A stretch of DNA of 63,284 nt, the filler included, from Octopus bimaculoides (Eukaryota): NCBI RefSeq assembly GCF_001194135.2. It is 3 parts of 3 records of this genome, joined end to end, with 100 filler letters (N's around TTAATTAATTAA, not from the genome) between each part and the next. Parts side by side here need not be neighbours in the genome. Positions count along the whole stretch, not along the records: positions 1 to 31,615 come from NC_068982.1; 2 more parts are not named here. One strand, given 5' to 3'. How positions within the stretch are numbered: position 1 is the stretch's first letter; each line of letters starts with the position of its first letter. Below the pieces are notes generated by a model. It ran no database searches. It was given only the letters and a program-made list of their open reading frames with translations, and was not told the origin of the DNA. Positions 1-14,560 of this stretch are shown piece by piece. Both the position numbers and the translations under genes were made by a program.

Positions 1-719
1 TATATATATATATATATATATATGACACTATTAGATCGATTCATATAGATGAATATTAATTTAGTTTCATTCCAAAATCTTCTCGCTTTCCAATGTAGAA
101 GCTTCATAACATGACGTTACTTTTGGTTATCACTTTCGTGTTACTCTTCTACTAGTCAAAGGCTGCTTTTCTATTAGACCGTCTTTTAACCGGTGCCTGT
201 CTGTCAATTTATTTTATATCGAATTATTTCTATATGTTTCTTTATGTCATCTAATTGTTATTAGCAAAACTGAAGTGTCAGCTTAAAGTACTGAGTTACT
301 GCACTTTCATTGATATTCTTTTTGGGTTGAATGTCAACCTACATTATGATTGATTTGCACTTGAGGCAAAAAAAGTTGCTAATCAAACCAATACAACGTG
401 TTTGTTCGTATGTTTCGAAGCTTCCTACACTCATTCTCACTCTTCAAAAACAGTATTTTTTTCAAAAGTGGTCTTTTCGTTGTCTCTCTTTACGCCTTCT
501 ACACAATTCACACGAAGTGGTATTGCTTCTACGAAGTAAAATCTCAAAAGCATTCCGGAACAGAATCGTGACTACCCGGCTCCTCTCAATTGTTACAAGA
601 CAGAGTTGAAGCATATATCAATAGTCTTGTATCGAATGAATGATACAAAATAACAGTAACTAAAGTCGTTTTAAATGTTGGTGTTCAGTATCTGAAAAAA
701 TCTCTGATCGTAACCTCAT

Positions 720-1030
720 ACTCATACACACACACACAACGCACACGCTCGCACACACACACACATACATACACACACATACATACGCATATACACATAC
801 ATACACACACATACATACACACATACATACACACATACATACAAACATACATACGCACACATACACACATATACACATACATACACACACATACATACAT
901 ACACACATACGCACACATACACACACATATACACATACATACACATACATACATACATACATACATACATACATGCATACACACATACATACACACACAT
1001 ACATACACACACACATACATACACACACAC
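720..1030. repeat. compound (CA)n/(CATA)n microsatellite
   Basis: Read directly. Representative of many others, e.g. 2300-2520, 10040-10360, 10680-10745, 19505-19595, 22230-22470 and 38095-38445. Confidence 0.95.
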
Positions 1031-2428
1031 CACACCGCCCCACATTACACCACACATCCCTCACAAAACTGTATTCTATAGACATCATGTCTGATCAGTT
1101 GCTCAACCGCAATTTCAATTGCCAAAATTAAAAGGTAGCAAACATTGGAGTATTGCTTAAATTCCGGGGTACTCTGTAACAGCGACACACGCAGAAATGT
1201 CTAGACTCTATCTAGAAGAAACTTTTTCTTTGATTTGCAAATATAAATGTTCATTCACCAACATATTGTAACCATTCACTCACATCCACACTGTTTCTTG
1301 TTTCTCTTCTGTGAGCTAACAATATATCCACTTCCAAGCAAACATTCACAGTTATTCTATTCGTCACGCATATTATATCACTTAGGCAAAGTCCTAAGCG
1401 AAACAAGTTTGGGAATCGCTCCTCCTTTGATTTGTAAGACTCTACAATTCCTTCTCATCTGCAGTTTTCTGGAGCTCGTAGAAATCCCTGCAACGCTTAT
1501 TTACTAACAATTGAAATACGCAGAATTTTTCATAAAGAATATCCGTTCAATTTAAAAGGTGGTGCTCCAGCATGACCACAGTCAAATAAATAAGTAAAAG
1601 AATAATAGCAAAGCTTTTAGTTTAAGGTAAGCATCAGATTTAGTGTTTTATGCATTAATACTTTTTATTGCTGTCACTGAAAATAATGCCAAGGAACAGA
1701 TATATATGGTAAGAAATATCCTTAAACGGTAAGAAGACACTATATAGCATCTTCATGTACGTTGTTAGGGTGTGTTTTATATTATATTTATCATATATGG
1801 AGGTTATGAGCTTAACAAAGATTCTGGTAATAAGATCTTGTACGTTTAACAGTAAATTGAGTGAGGATTATATAGAAACGAGAACATGTTATGTGGATCA
1901 AAACTTGTTTTGTTTGATAGGATGTTTTTCACAAGGTAGTGGTTTAATACACTCAAGGTGATACTTTGGTTGATGTTAAAGAGATGAAAAGGATGAAGTT
2001 AAAAGCGAGTGATAAATCAATATGAAAGAGGTTATAGAGTACGTCAGTAGGGGATTGTTAGTTTGCCAATCTGAAGGCAAGGTTAGTTAATGAGAAAAAC
2101 TAAAAGAATAGCATCCAAAGTTATTCTCTGAACAACCAATTAAATAACTACTTATCGACATGTAAGAATCTGTTTGATTGTCAAGTGTACAATTAATGTA
2201 TTTAATTAATGATATAAAGATTAACCTTCGTGTTATATTGGGTATTTCATTAATATGTTAACACGCAGATAGTATGTACATACATAGATACATATAAGTA
2301 TACATACATCTATAAATTTATAAATATATATGTGTGTATATATATATATAGATATATACATACATATATACGTATATATACACATATATATGTATATACA
2401 TATATATAGACATACAGACTTATATATA

Positions 2429-2467
<39 letters not shown>

Positions 2468-2473
2468 ACACAG

Positions 2474-2517
<44 letters not shown>

Positions 2518-5327
2518 GCATATGCATACCTACATGTATATACGATAATGCGTACACACAAAGATTATATTCTTTTATTTGTTTCAGTCAAAACATTGAC
2601 GCTAGTAATTATTTTATCGACCATTATTGGATGAAAGACAAAGTGTATCTTGACAGGCTTTAAACTCAGGTATATACGTCTTTGTATCAGGATACTTATT
2701 TTAAAGTGAATGTGTGCACAAAATAGATATAACGAAAACTCGTTATGATGCTCAACTCACAACGTATGATTGATGGGTTTCATCTTGCAGTCAAGTGATT
2801 TGTAAATATTGAAAACCCTAAAAAAATTCATAACTGATATATTGCTGCAATTCATCTTAACACCAAATTGCTGTAATAAGGAATAACAATATTTCAAAGC
2901 AAATATGAAAAAGCATACAGGCAATGCAAAAAATTATATCGTTACTTATTGTGTTTTCTATGTTTATGGATGTGATTTATTGGAAAAAGCGATATAGTTA
3001 TGTCTGTTGGCTTAATCAAGACTACCTATTACCTTTTTCTAAAACTACGATCTGATTCCGATAATGGGTTTGTAGTCATGGACCTTAAAGTATATGGTGG
3101 TTTATTTTCTTAAGCAACCCTAATGTACTTTTGAAATTAGCTGCTGTCTGCTTCTCCAGGCGCGTGTTCTCAATATCTTTTTCCTATGGACCAATAGACA
3201 TCACCTTTTCATATGAGCTTACTCTGCATTGCAAACATCCTTCCCTGCACGTAGGGTTCTGGAATGTATTAATTTCTAATAATTTTCCATATTTTAAGTT
3301 ACATGAACCTTTATATATTTTTATCAACTTCTCCCATCTAGAACACCACTTGCAGGCTATAGGTGGAACCCATAACAATTTTCAAATATACGTTTCTGTT
3401 GGCCAAGTCGTAGGTGTCACAAGTTACTGGTCAAAGAGTAAATGACATGCTACCACTGGTTGGCAGCATATCAGCCCTGTTCGAGTAAACTTTCGTCAAA
3501 AGCATTCCACAATGGATCCTATTTTTCAGAGCCATGTTATTCAATGCATCCTTCAAAACAGTAGTCTGTAAATTGAGGAAGATTTACTGCGCTGGCTTCT
3601 TGGTTTGATACATATTGCTATATCATTATCGTTAATCGCTTAAGTTATATATCATGATATTTAACTCTGCCACATGTATTGCATAATGTTGTAGATGTTT
3701 ACAATATGTAGTTTCACATCAAGTGTTGTCTGGAGTGTTTTGTAATTAACATGTTCATGTGCTTTCATATCTTTCAAAAATCACTTTCAGTTCGATTATT
3801 TACACACTCACCAGCATGGGTTTATATAATGTAAGTATAATGTAATATATTTCGTGATAATATTAATCGTTTCTCCGATATTTTAAAACTTTTATATCAG
3901 GAAATATTAACTAGAAGATTTCTAAAGCATTGTACAACAATAGCTTGGAAACAAACATTTTGTGAATTGCTTCTTTGACACAATATTAATATAATGCAAC
4001 TTCTCGAAAGCGTCGTTTATTTTGAAAATAAATTCTCAGAAAATTCTAAATTATTTTGTGCAAAGTAATTGTAATGGAAAACAATCCATTACTGCTTAGT
4101 CAAATTATTTTACTTAGTTGAATAACACACATACCTCACTTCTGAACTTGTAATGTACCGTAAAACTCTTATTTACTGAACTAACAGCTTCCAGGCAATA
4201 TTTCTCATTTGTAAGCTATTTTAATGAGAAAAACAAGTTGCTATTGAAGATAAAGCCATCACTAATTAAATGTACACTTTTCTTTTAGGCATCGTAAAAA
4301 ATTAGAATTTTTCTGCTTAATTTACTGTCGTTTTACAATTTGTTAAATTGTAAAGGTATTGTCAAGTATTGAAAGTGAAATGTTTATCATTAAAAATAGA
4401 ATTTTGTGAGAAATCTTCCTATAAAATTGTTTCTAATTATTAAAATGAAAAGAATCACAAACAAAAACCCTCTTTTCTGGGAATGGGTTAACAGAAAGAA
4501 ATTGGTATTATTTGAAAAATACAACTAAAAGCAAGATATATATANNNNNNNNNNNNNNNNNNNNNNNNNNNNNNNNNNNNNNNNNNNNNNNNNNNNNNNN
4601 NNNNNNNNNNNNNNNNNNNNNNNNNNNNNNNNNNNNNNNNNNNNNNNNNNNNNNNNNNNNNNNNNNNNNNNNNNNNNNNNNNNNNNNNNNNNNNNNNNNN
4701 NNNNNNNNNNNNNNNNNNNNNNNNNNNNNNNNNNNNNNNNNNNNNNNNNNNNNNNNNNNNNNNNNNNNNNNNNNNNNNNNNNNNNNNNNNNNNNNNNNNN
4801 NNNNNNNNNNNNNNNNNNNNNNNNNNNNNNNNNNNNNNNNNNNNNNNNNNNNNNNNNNNNNNNNNNNNNNNNNNNNNNNNNNNNNNNNNNNNNNNNNNNN
4901 NNNNNNNNNNNNNNNNNNNNNNNNNNNNNNNNNNNNNNNNNNNNNNNNNNNNNNNNNNNNNNNNNNNNNNNNNNNNNNNNNNNNNNNNNNNNNNNNNNNN
5001 NNNNNNNNNNNNNNNNNNNNNNNNNNNNNNNNNNNNNNNNNNNNNNNNNNNNNNNNNNNNNNNNNNNNNNNNNNNNNNNNNNNNNNNNNNNNNNNNNNNN
5101 NNNNNNNNNNNNNNNNNNNNNNNNNNNNNNNNNNNNNNNNNNNNNTTACTGTTGTGAAAGAAGAAATATGTCGCAGCCTGTTGTGATATAGAGAAGGAGA
5201 ATGTAGCACCATACCATGCACACGCAATAAAACGCTCTAACCCTTTGCCACCAAAATCAATGCATCCTCACATAGAATCGAAAACACACTTTGAAAATAT
5301 CATAAAGAATCACGTACACAAAACCAT

Positions 5328-5725
5328 ATATATTCCGTACTTTGTTTAATAATCTTGTTTTCATTCAATGAACCGATAACAAACTCAAGAAATGTAATTA
5401 GTCAGCAGGAATACAAGTTTGGAATGAATTTTGACTTCTGTAACGAAGCATTATTCCAATGGATTAGGTGACGTAAATCAATAATGTTTAGGAGAAAAAT
5501 TCTTAAATTTGTCAAATTCACTTCAATACCAGAACAATTTACTGCCTAGGTGTATGCCGTAGCACATATTTTCTTCTTGTGATACCCTTCACAATGTTCG
5601 GAAAATTTTATTAAAATTATTCCAAGTCTATCAGTTCTTTGTAGATACATCAACGAAAATCCCATATTTCAATCCCGCTGTTGTTTGGACGATTTTTAGA
5701 TCATTAAACAAAGTACGGAATATAT
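5328..5725. mobile_element. MITE-like element with 28-bp terminal inverted repeats
   Basis: 5328-5355 atatattccgtactttgtttaataatct matches the reverse complement of 5698-5725 at 27/28; about 340 bp non-coding interior. Confidence 0.55.
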
Positions 5726-6724
5726 TTGAGCTTTGTGAATATTCGCACGCAGGCATGTGTCCCCATTTCCCACACATAGAGGTGATGAGATATTATAAAA
5801 CGTTATCGGGTGGCCTTCCTAAATTGACTTACATGACTCACTCTACTTTCAAGTTTAATATATCTCCACGGTAGATTTTTCCGTATTCGTATGTCGTTTC
5901 TATAACAAGTACAAAAGATATTCTCGGTAATTACAAACAACTAAACACTTCCAGTAGGAAATGTGGTCATTTGTTAAATTAGAAAAAAAGATGAATAAAT
6001 ATATACTAAGAACATACATATCAAAAGCTAACAATATCATGGCCATTAGTATCATTATAAAAATCAGTAGTTTTGTAGTTTCAGTGTGTTTTAGTGCAGC
6101 GACGCATGTAATGGCTTGTGTGAAAGATTGCCCAACGTAAAGTTGCCTATCAGCCGTGGAGAACCGACAATAGCTATATCATTCTAATATAAGTGCTTAC
6201 AAATCGATCATAATATAACTACTCCACGCTCACTTTTGAACATCGTTCTTTCATCCTCGCAGAGTCAATAAATAAATAAGCATCTGTTTTGATTTCAGTT
6301 GACCATGCTCCCTCCAAAGTGCCATAATTCTGAAATATGCGAAATGCTTAGTGTGGAGGTATAAATGATCTTCCGTCAGTTTGAAGCTTGACAAGAGCAA
6401 ACGACCACGATTGATCATATATAAACAATAGGGCTGAAGTAAAATGTCTCTGAATTGTCTTCTTAATATTAAATACATTTACAGTAGGATTTCACATATG
6501 TAATATAGTGTGTGAGAAAACGTAGACTAACTGAGAACAACTCCTGCAATTATTAAAAAAAGCTCACGAGGCGTATTTAAAATCTAAAAAACAAACAGAG
6601 TTAGAGTTAAGAACTATAAAAGAATTACGAAACTTTCGGAAAATAGAAGCGATGCAGATAGGAGTTGATCTCGTTTTTGAAGGATGTTATGTTTTTTTCT
6701 CAACAATAAGGAATTTTAAATCCC

Positions 6725-6820
6725 ACAGATGCTCAAGGATACAACGCGCCGGCGGGAATCGAAATGACAACCTTACGATCATGAGCTAATTATCCTAACG
6801 ACTAAGCCACGCGCCTTCAT
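6725..6820 (-). mobile_element. 5' part of tRNA-derived SINE (same family as 52320-52630)
   Basis: caaggatacaacgcgccggcgggaatcgaa...ctaagccacgcgccttca is nearly the same as 52545-52628; the B-box reads as ggaatcgaa on the + strand. Confidence 0.7.
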
Positions 6821-6844
6821 GTATACGTGTGTATATATATATAT

Positions 6845-7002
6845 ACAACCATAGACTAGATAAGTTTGAGGAAGAGATATGGTCAGTTGTAAAGAACATC
6901 AAATTCAATATGTCACAGAGAAAGAACACACACATGAGACACATAGAAGAAATCATCAGAGAAATAAAGAATACCAATAAAGTCCTAGTAAAATCAGATA
7001 AA
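6845..7002 (+). mobile_element. Penelope-like element reverse transcriptase, N-terminal fragment (runs into gap)
   Basis: NHRLDKFEEEIWSVVKNIKFNMSQRKNTHMRHIEEIIREIKNTNKVLVKSDK fits the pre-RT pattern of Penelope-like ORFs (L..FE..L..LIKNIKF...I..I.....LV.ADK). Recognised from memory, not searched. Confidence 0.6.
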
Positions 7003-7758
7003 NNNNNNNNNNNNNNNNNNNNNNNNNNNNNNNNNNNNNNNNNNNNNNNNNNNNNNNNNNNNNNNNNNNNNNNNNNNNNNNNNNNNNNNNNNNNNNNNNN
7101 NNNNNNNNNNNNNNNNNNNNNNNNNNNNNNNNNNNNNNNNNNNNNNNNNNNNNNNNNNNNNNNNNNNNNNNNNNNNNNNNNNNNNNNNNNNNNNNNNNNN
7201 NNNNNNNNNNNNNNNNNNNNNNNNNNNNNNNNNNNNNNNNNNNNNNNNNNNNNNNNNNNNNNNNNNNNNNNNNNNNNNNNNNNNNNNNNNNNNNNNNNNN
7301 NNNNNNNNNNNNNNNNNNNNNNNNNNNNNNNNNNNNNNNNNNNNNNNNNNNNNNNNNNNNNNNNNNNNNNNNNNNNNNNNNNNNNNNNNNNNNNNNNNNN
7401 NNNNNNNNNNNNNNNNNNNNNNNNNNNNNNNNNNNNNNNNNNNNNNNNNNNNNNNNNNNNNNNNNNNNNNNNNNNNNNNNNNNNNNNNNNNNNNNNNNNN
7501 NNNNNNNNNNNNNNNNNNNNNNNNNNNNNNNNNNNNNNNNNNNNNNNNNNNNNNNNNNNNNNNNNNNNNNNNNNNNNNNNNNNNNNNNNNNNNNNNNNNN
7601 NNNNNNNNNNNNNNNNNNNNNNNNNNNNNNNNNNNNNNNNNNNNNNNNNNNNNNNNNNNNNNNNNNNNNNNNNNNNNNNNNNNNNNNNNNNNNNNNNNNN
7701 NNNNNNNNNNNNNNNNNNNNNNNNNNNNNNNNNNNNNNNNNNNNNNNNNNNNNNNNNN

Positions 7759-7832
<74 letters not shown>

Positions 7833-10038
7833 ATAGATCGTTACACAACAGAAAACAAAAATGACTAAATCGACGCAGTTATATCAGTGATAACTGTATG
7901 AAACATTGTTTTATTGTTACATTGTTGACAAAATGATGCAGTGATGTCGATTCAGTCCTTTTTGTTTCCATTTATATAACAATTTGTTTTCATTCAAAAT
8001 AATCGTAGATGAGTTTTAAGAACCAGAACAACACAGTATTTATCTCATCGAAATGGATCATTTATTTCTCCTCAATCACCCGTTTATCCTTATAGGACAG
8101 ATGAAAGAAATGCCATTTGTATGCTCTATTCATTGAACAGAATATTTACTTAGTAGTTAACAGCAGTCTTACTCCAAATAAAATGATATCAATATTATTT
8201 TTAAAACAATGTGTTGTTTCTCTTTGAATCCTGAGTGTAAACGGACGCTTATTTGGTAAATTATGCCAACTAAATATTCACAAAAACAAACCTTTGTATA
8301 TTTCTTCTATGGAATTCTATTTTGATCCAATGTTTACATGATATAACTTTTTTGTTAGTTAAGATTAATTATTCCATTAAAATTAGCTTTTATAATAGGA
8401 AGTGATCCTACAAAAACAATTGCAGTAGCACAATTTGCTTTATTTTATTTTTTACTCTGCTCCAACAGACTACCGGAATATTAATTTCAGTTCCAAAATT
8501 TGGTTGTTTAAAATTAATAACTTTCAAAAGGAAACAAGAAAAAAGTCCCAGAGAAAATATGAAAGCATATTTAAAATTAAAAAAAGCACACTCCTTGGAA
8601 ATTAACCTTGATGTAAACCATTTTCTTCAAGACTTTCACTTTAATTTTTCTCAAATTTTAATACCATCGCTTAGGCCTAAATAAAATGCTAGCTCTAATA
8701 ATTTCAGATTACTGAAATTTTCAAATACTTGATTAAACTTTAAAAAAATTTTATCACTGATAATTATTTCACAAAAAATTTATAGCTCATGTAAGGAATG
8801 CTGTTTAAATGAAATGATGTTAGCTTAATTACGTAAGTTAAATACAGTTTACCTGACGTATCTAATTACTGAAGAATTTATCATAGGTTTAAGTACATTA
8901 CAAATTAAATTTGAAAAAAAAAAGAACAAGATAAATTAATGTACTCTTGTTTTATGTTTCAAACTTAAATTGCATTTTGTGTTTGACACAACTCCCTTTT
9001 TAGACCCAATTTTCTCTCAAAGCAACTAATCAATGATTTCAAATTACTTAGAATTAACTAGGTTTCGATATTCTCAATATGTCATATGATACAATGTAAT
9101 ATGAAGGAAAGGTCACACTCAAGCGAAAATAATTAATTTTTTTCCTCTTGCATTAATTATTGGTAGTGTTGGGGAAATACTGTAATAATATAGTCGTCTT
9201 AAGAGTATGAACCAACTAAATTCCATTAACAAATATATTCTTTCGAATTAATAGAGCAATTATAGTTTTTAATTATCATTATTGCTGCATAGTCCTTTTT
9301 ATAGCGGAGTAGTTTTATTGTTATTTTCCTATATTACAAAGTATTTTCCTCACAATCTCAGTAGCTTAGATTTGTTCGGTTAGCGTAAAAGTGTTTGAAC
9401 AGTTACCATTTTTTTTCAAGCAGGCGTTGCGATTTCAATGAAGAGATATAGGTGACAGAAATTGATAACCTGTTGTATATTCGGTTTATCAGGAATTAAC
9501 CCATTTTATACAATGTTTACAATCTTTAATTACTGTGAAAGATTTTTGACTTCAAGAATATCTTGGAATTTCAAAAACTCTCCATGAATTTATTAATACT
9601 AGTGTATAGAAAATTACCAGATTATATGGTACCTATTCCTAAAGACACCTGATGAAGGATGAAACAGCTTCACTGCTCACATAACATTTAAATGCACGTA
9701 TACACACTTTACGGACCTTGTGGATAAATAACACATTTACTTGGTAATAGCACATCCATTTAGAGTGGCGCAACAAAATCAATTTTTTGACGGTTTACAT
9801 GACGAGTAAGGAATCATCCTAAAGAGAGAACGTCAATTTGCCGCAGATATCATTCCCAGGAGATTCCGATAATTGAATGGATTAATAGATGTGAAATGAA
9901 GATGCACAGAGAAAGGAACAAAGGAACAAAGTAGATTTGAAGTTACATTGATAGTTTTATATAATCGCCACCAAGTTAATTCGTTTCTATAAGTGAGATG
10001 GACCTATATGTGACATGCGAAAGAGTCAACTAAATTAT

Positions 10039-10150
<112 letters not shown>

Positions 10151-10679
10151 GTACACGCACATGCATTTATATTTATATTTATATATATTTATATGTATAT
10201 ATATATGCACATATATATTTATGTGTATATATATACACACACACATATATACATGTGTGTGTGCTTGTGTGTATGTGTGGGTGCTTGGGTGTATGTGTGT
10301 GTGTATTTGTGTGTATGCGTATGTGCTTGTGTGTGTGTGTATGTGTGTGTGTGTGTGTGAAAAGTAATGATAGAAGACCTCAACATGATAGCCTGAAGCT
10401 TCGATTGCCTAATACCAAAATATAAAGCAGTTACTGAAATTGTTTTGCTTTAGATTCACAAGAAAAAAAAATTCATTTTAGGATAGTTATACTGAAAGAG
10501 AAAGAGAGAAAAATGCAAAACTACAATTGAATAAATTATCCAAAGACATCTGTGAAACATTTCAACTTTTGAGTTCTTTTGTGACAATCTATCATGTTGA
10601 ACCAGTTTTCTCCCTTTAATGAAGTGCCTCCGGGATATACAGAATGCGAATGCCTATAAAGAATGTAAGTAAAATCAAA

Positions 10680-10747
<68 letters not shown>

Positions 10748-11305
10748 ATAGGAACTCTGCGACTGCTATTACTTTTACGAATAACTATTTGAGAATTTCA
10801 TTTTGTAAGAAAACAAACAAATAACATGTTAAAAGAAAAAAAATAGAATGTGGTATTTAAAGAAACGTGTATGTTTTAATCACTTTGTGTAAAACTTTTA
10901 GCTCGAGTGAAGTCGTGAAAAGTTTTTTTCAGAACTAATAGTAAACAGTTATATATTATCAAGTAGAAACCAAGAAGATATTGTTTTTTATAGCATCAAA
11001 GTTATTTTTCTTTGAAGTAATCGTCTAAATACTTGGTAAGAAACTCAAAGTATAAGCCATAAAAATAGTTATGTGGAATATACGAACAAAAATGTTGAGA
11101 TAGAAAACAAATAGTGAACATGAATTGAAAAGATGAAGAACTGATATTCTTGGAATAGGAATACGCGAGATGGAACAGTTATTGAAATTGATACTAGCAT
11201 TGATAAATTATAAATCTCTTCTTCTCTTTCGTTTATACTTCTCTTTCATGATCTTTTCTCTCTCTTTCTCTCTCTCTTTCTCTCTCTCTCTTTCTCTCTC
11301 TCTCT

Positions 11306-11357
<52 letters not shown>

Positions 11358-11879
11358 TTCTCTCTCTCTCTTGTAAATATTTGAGTTTTACACAAGTCGC
11401 CGACGAATAAGAATCATAATTTAGATCTATATGCAATATAGAATTTTAAATAGTGCGCGGAATATTTTCGCATATTACTGGTAATTTTTGTACAATTTCA
11501 TACAAAATCACTGTTATTTTATAAGATGTGATATGGTTTTACAGCAAATTCTTTTGCACGGAATTTCAATTCAAAATCGGAAATACGAAAGAAATATTGG
11601 AAAAGATTTCAAAATATGTAATATAGAAATTTTCGGTATGTACTCTACAAATTTTCTGGAAGAAATTCAGTTAAAAAATCTAGGTGTCTAATATATAAAG
11701 TATTTTGGATGTTATAGCATAACATCGTTCACATGAGAATATGAAGTAACATAGAAATGGGCAACAAATAAAATAAATGCTTATGAAAGATGCTTTAAAA
11801 CTTTTTTGCAGAGTAATTTCAATATTTATTCTCAAAAACGTTGATTCAAAGTTCCTTGAGACGCAAGGGAACTCAAAAT

Positions 11880-12061
11880 AATATTTTCTACTGCAGGCTG
11901 AAGGCTTGAAATTTTCTGGGGAGAGGACTAATCGATTACATCGACCGCAGTATTTCACTGGTACTTAATTTATCGACCCCGAAAGAATGAAAGGCAACGT
12001 AGAGACTTCGGCGGAATTTGAACTCAGAACGTGCTAACGATTCTGCCAGCTAGCCGCCTTA
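11880..12061 (-). mobile_element. tRNA-derived SINE, family A, internally deleted
   Basis: The minus strand has an A-box-like tggcagaatcgttag, B-box gttcaaattcc and the family body (tttcattctttcggggtcgataaattaagtaccag). Confidence 0.85.
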
Positions 12062-12402
12062 GGGAAACTCCTAATAATGATTTCTAACAAAGATAAGGCA
12101 GCATAGAGTGGGGGAAGGTAAAACTAAATGATAAATTTCAACAGCATTGGTAATCGGATAAAATTTATTTTATTAACTAAGGTAGGATGAAAATCCAAAA
12201 CAGTAAATGATTTAATATTAATATTTGTCTTTCTAGTGACCACAATACTGGCCAAGAGGAATAAAAATGATAAACACTCGAAACTAAAGATGGATCTCTA
12301 CGAAATATAGAAATGGTGTACTAGTGTTTTACTAATAACAATAAAAAAAAACCTAAACTTAGTTTGCAAACATATTTCAATTTGTTACAAAGTATAAACC
12401 AA

Positions 12403-12608
12403 AAATATTGGTTTCAAAATTTAGTACAAGGCCAGCAATTTTGAGGGACTGGCTAAATCGATTACATCAGTCGCAGTGCTATCGACCCCTAAAGCGATGA
12501 AAGACAAAGTCGAATTCAACGGAATTTGAACTCAGAATGCAAAGACGGACGAAATGACGCTTAGCGTGTTGCCCGACGTGCTAACAATTATGCCAAGTCG
12601 CCACTTTT
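12403..12608 (-). mobile_element. tRNA-derived SINE, family A
   Basis: Full-length diverged copy with A/B boxes and ccttgtactaaattttgaaacc tail. Confidence 0.85.
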
Positions 12609-14077
12609 ATAGGGAAACAAGTTTTTTTGGAAAGAATTACATACTCATAAATGTATTAATACTTATAATAAATGGCAGGGATTGTTATTTATCCAGTTAC
12701 TTTTTCATAGCAGTGTAGGTATTTACCGAGAAATGGAAATAATTTCTTTTTCAGGTGTGAGTAGATGTTCTAAACAATATTTATTTTTCTATTGTGTTGT
12801 TTTGTGTAAGTTGAAATATGCTTGAGAACTAAGTGTACATGTACTGGTTATTATTGGCACAACACGTGTACTTTATTTCTATATTGAATTTAAGTTTAGA
12901 GTGTTTATAAAATTTTCCCTAATTCATCTTGGCGAGTATACTTGTCCCTAGAGAGAACAACGTTATTATCATCTTTTAGAAATCGCAACTATGAAAATGT
13001 ATACAGAATAAAATGCTGAATATTGAATTTGAAAAATGTTTGTCGGTATGTGGTTATATATATTTATTCTGATTTCAAACTCACTCGAAGTAAACAAGGG
13101 CAATTAATTAGATTGCATACAATCTTTTGTAGTTTTCATCAACAATCTTTTTTTGGTTTATAGCAAAATTTGATATCACCATCATTCGTAACGATATATT
13201 TTGTATATAGCAGCAGTTTTCATTCTTACCTAGGTACATCGAAAATAACATGATATTACTCAGAAAATTGAGGGATAATCCTATTATCCATTTTGTCATT
13301 GTAGGTGATGCTATTGTACTATAGCCGGTGAGATTTTTTTTTAATGTTAAGAAGTGCTATTAAAAAAAAAACAATTGAAGGAACAAATGAGAAATATCAA
13401 ATGTTATGTTTAAGTTAAAACTAGATTACCAGTCATCTTTAGATTGGTTTTGCTATATTGTGATGGTAGCATATCGATCATGAAATTTAAGGTTTGACAT
13501 CTTTAGTTTTATCTAAGAAATCATTATACAAGTCGGATCTAACATAATTATGGGGCGTGTTAGGTATTACATTTATAATTGTTCATCACAATTGGTAAAT
13601 GTGTAATTTACTTTTTCAGATTTGCTCTGATTTAATTTAGGTTTATATCAGTTCAAAATATAACAATCACTTTAGAAAAAAAATTGTCACAGTGATGTTC
13701 GATTTATTACCTTTTTTAACATCTTACTCATTATTGTGATGCGCAACAGGTAATATGAGTTAAACATGAGGTGCAGTGAACGACATTAATAATCATCTAC
13801 TTAAATTATTAGTTGATACTCTATAGACCATACCATATCCTTTCCTGGGAATGTTGCTGTGAAGAAAATTTTTTACTACCGTTTTGTATGAGAATAACAA
13901 AGAGAAAAGAGGTACTGACGACTTGAAAACAGTGCGATCTTGTGTAGACTGCCTGGATTACCTACCAGTTCTTTAATGTTATTTTTGAAATAGCTACCTA
14001 CTCCAATTTTGTGAACCCAAGCTATTGAATTAAAGTTTTTCATAAAAATCAATTCAAGCAGTTTGTATTCCCGTCTT

Positions 14078-14235
14078 AATAATGGTTTATAATTTTGGCA
14101 CAAGGCCAGCATATTTTGAAGGGAGAGGGAAGTCGATTACATTGAACCCAGTACTTGAGTGGTGCTTGTTTTATCGACCACGAAAAGATATAGGGCAAAG
14201 TCGGCCTTGGAGGAATTTGAGTTTAGAATGTAAAG
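14078..14235 (-). mobile_element. tRNA-derived SINE, family A, 5'-truncated
   Basis: ggcacaaggccagc...tttatcgacc...gcaaagtcggcc...ggaatttgag matches the family A body and tail. Confidence 0.75.
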
Positions 14236-14483
14236 ATCATTTAAGAGGCACGTTTTTGTACAAAGATTGAAATGTTTGCAGCTTTGTGTGTATTTNNNNN
14301 NNNNNNNNNNNNNNNNNNNNNNNNNNNNNNNNNNNNNNNNNNNNNNNNNNNNNNNNNNNNNNNNNNNNNNNNNNNNNNNNNNNNNNNNNNNNNNNNNNNN
14401 NNNNNNNNNNNNNNNNNNNNNNNNNNNNNNNNNNNNNNNNNNNNNNNNNNNNNNNNNNNNNNNNNNNNNNNNNNNNNNNNNNN

Positions 14484-14560
<77 letters not shown>

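Noticed and set aside
3131-3580. Overlapping ORFs and coding-like composition
   Set aside because: All frames are interrupted and no family was recognised.
10620-10672. + strand mini-exon ending at gtaagt (MKCLRDIQNANAYKE)
   Set aside because: Only a donor site supports it; there is no clear acceptor or partner exon.
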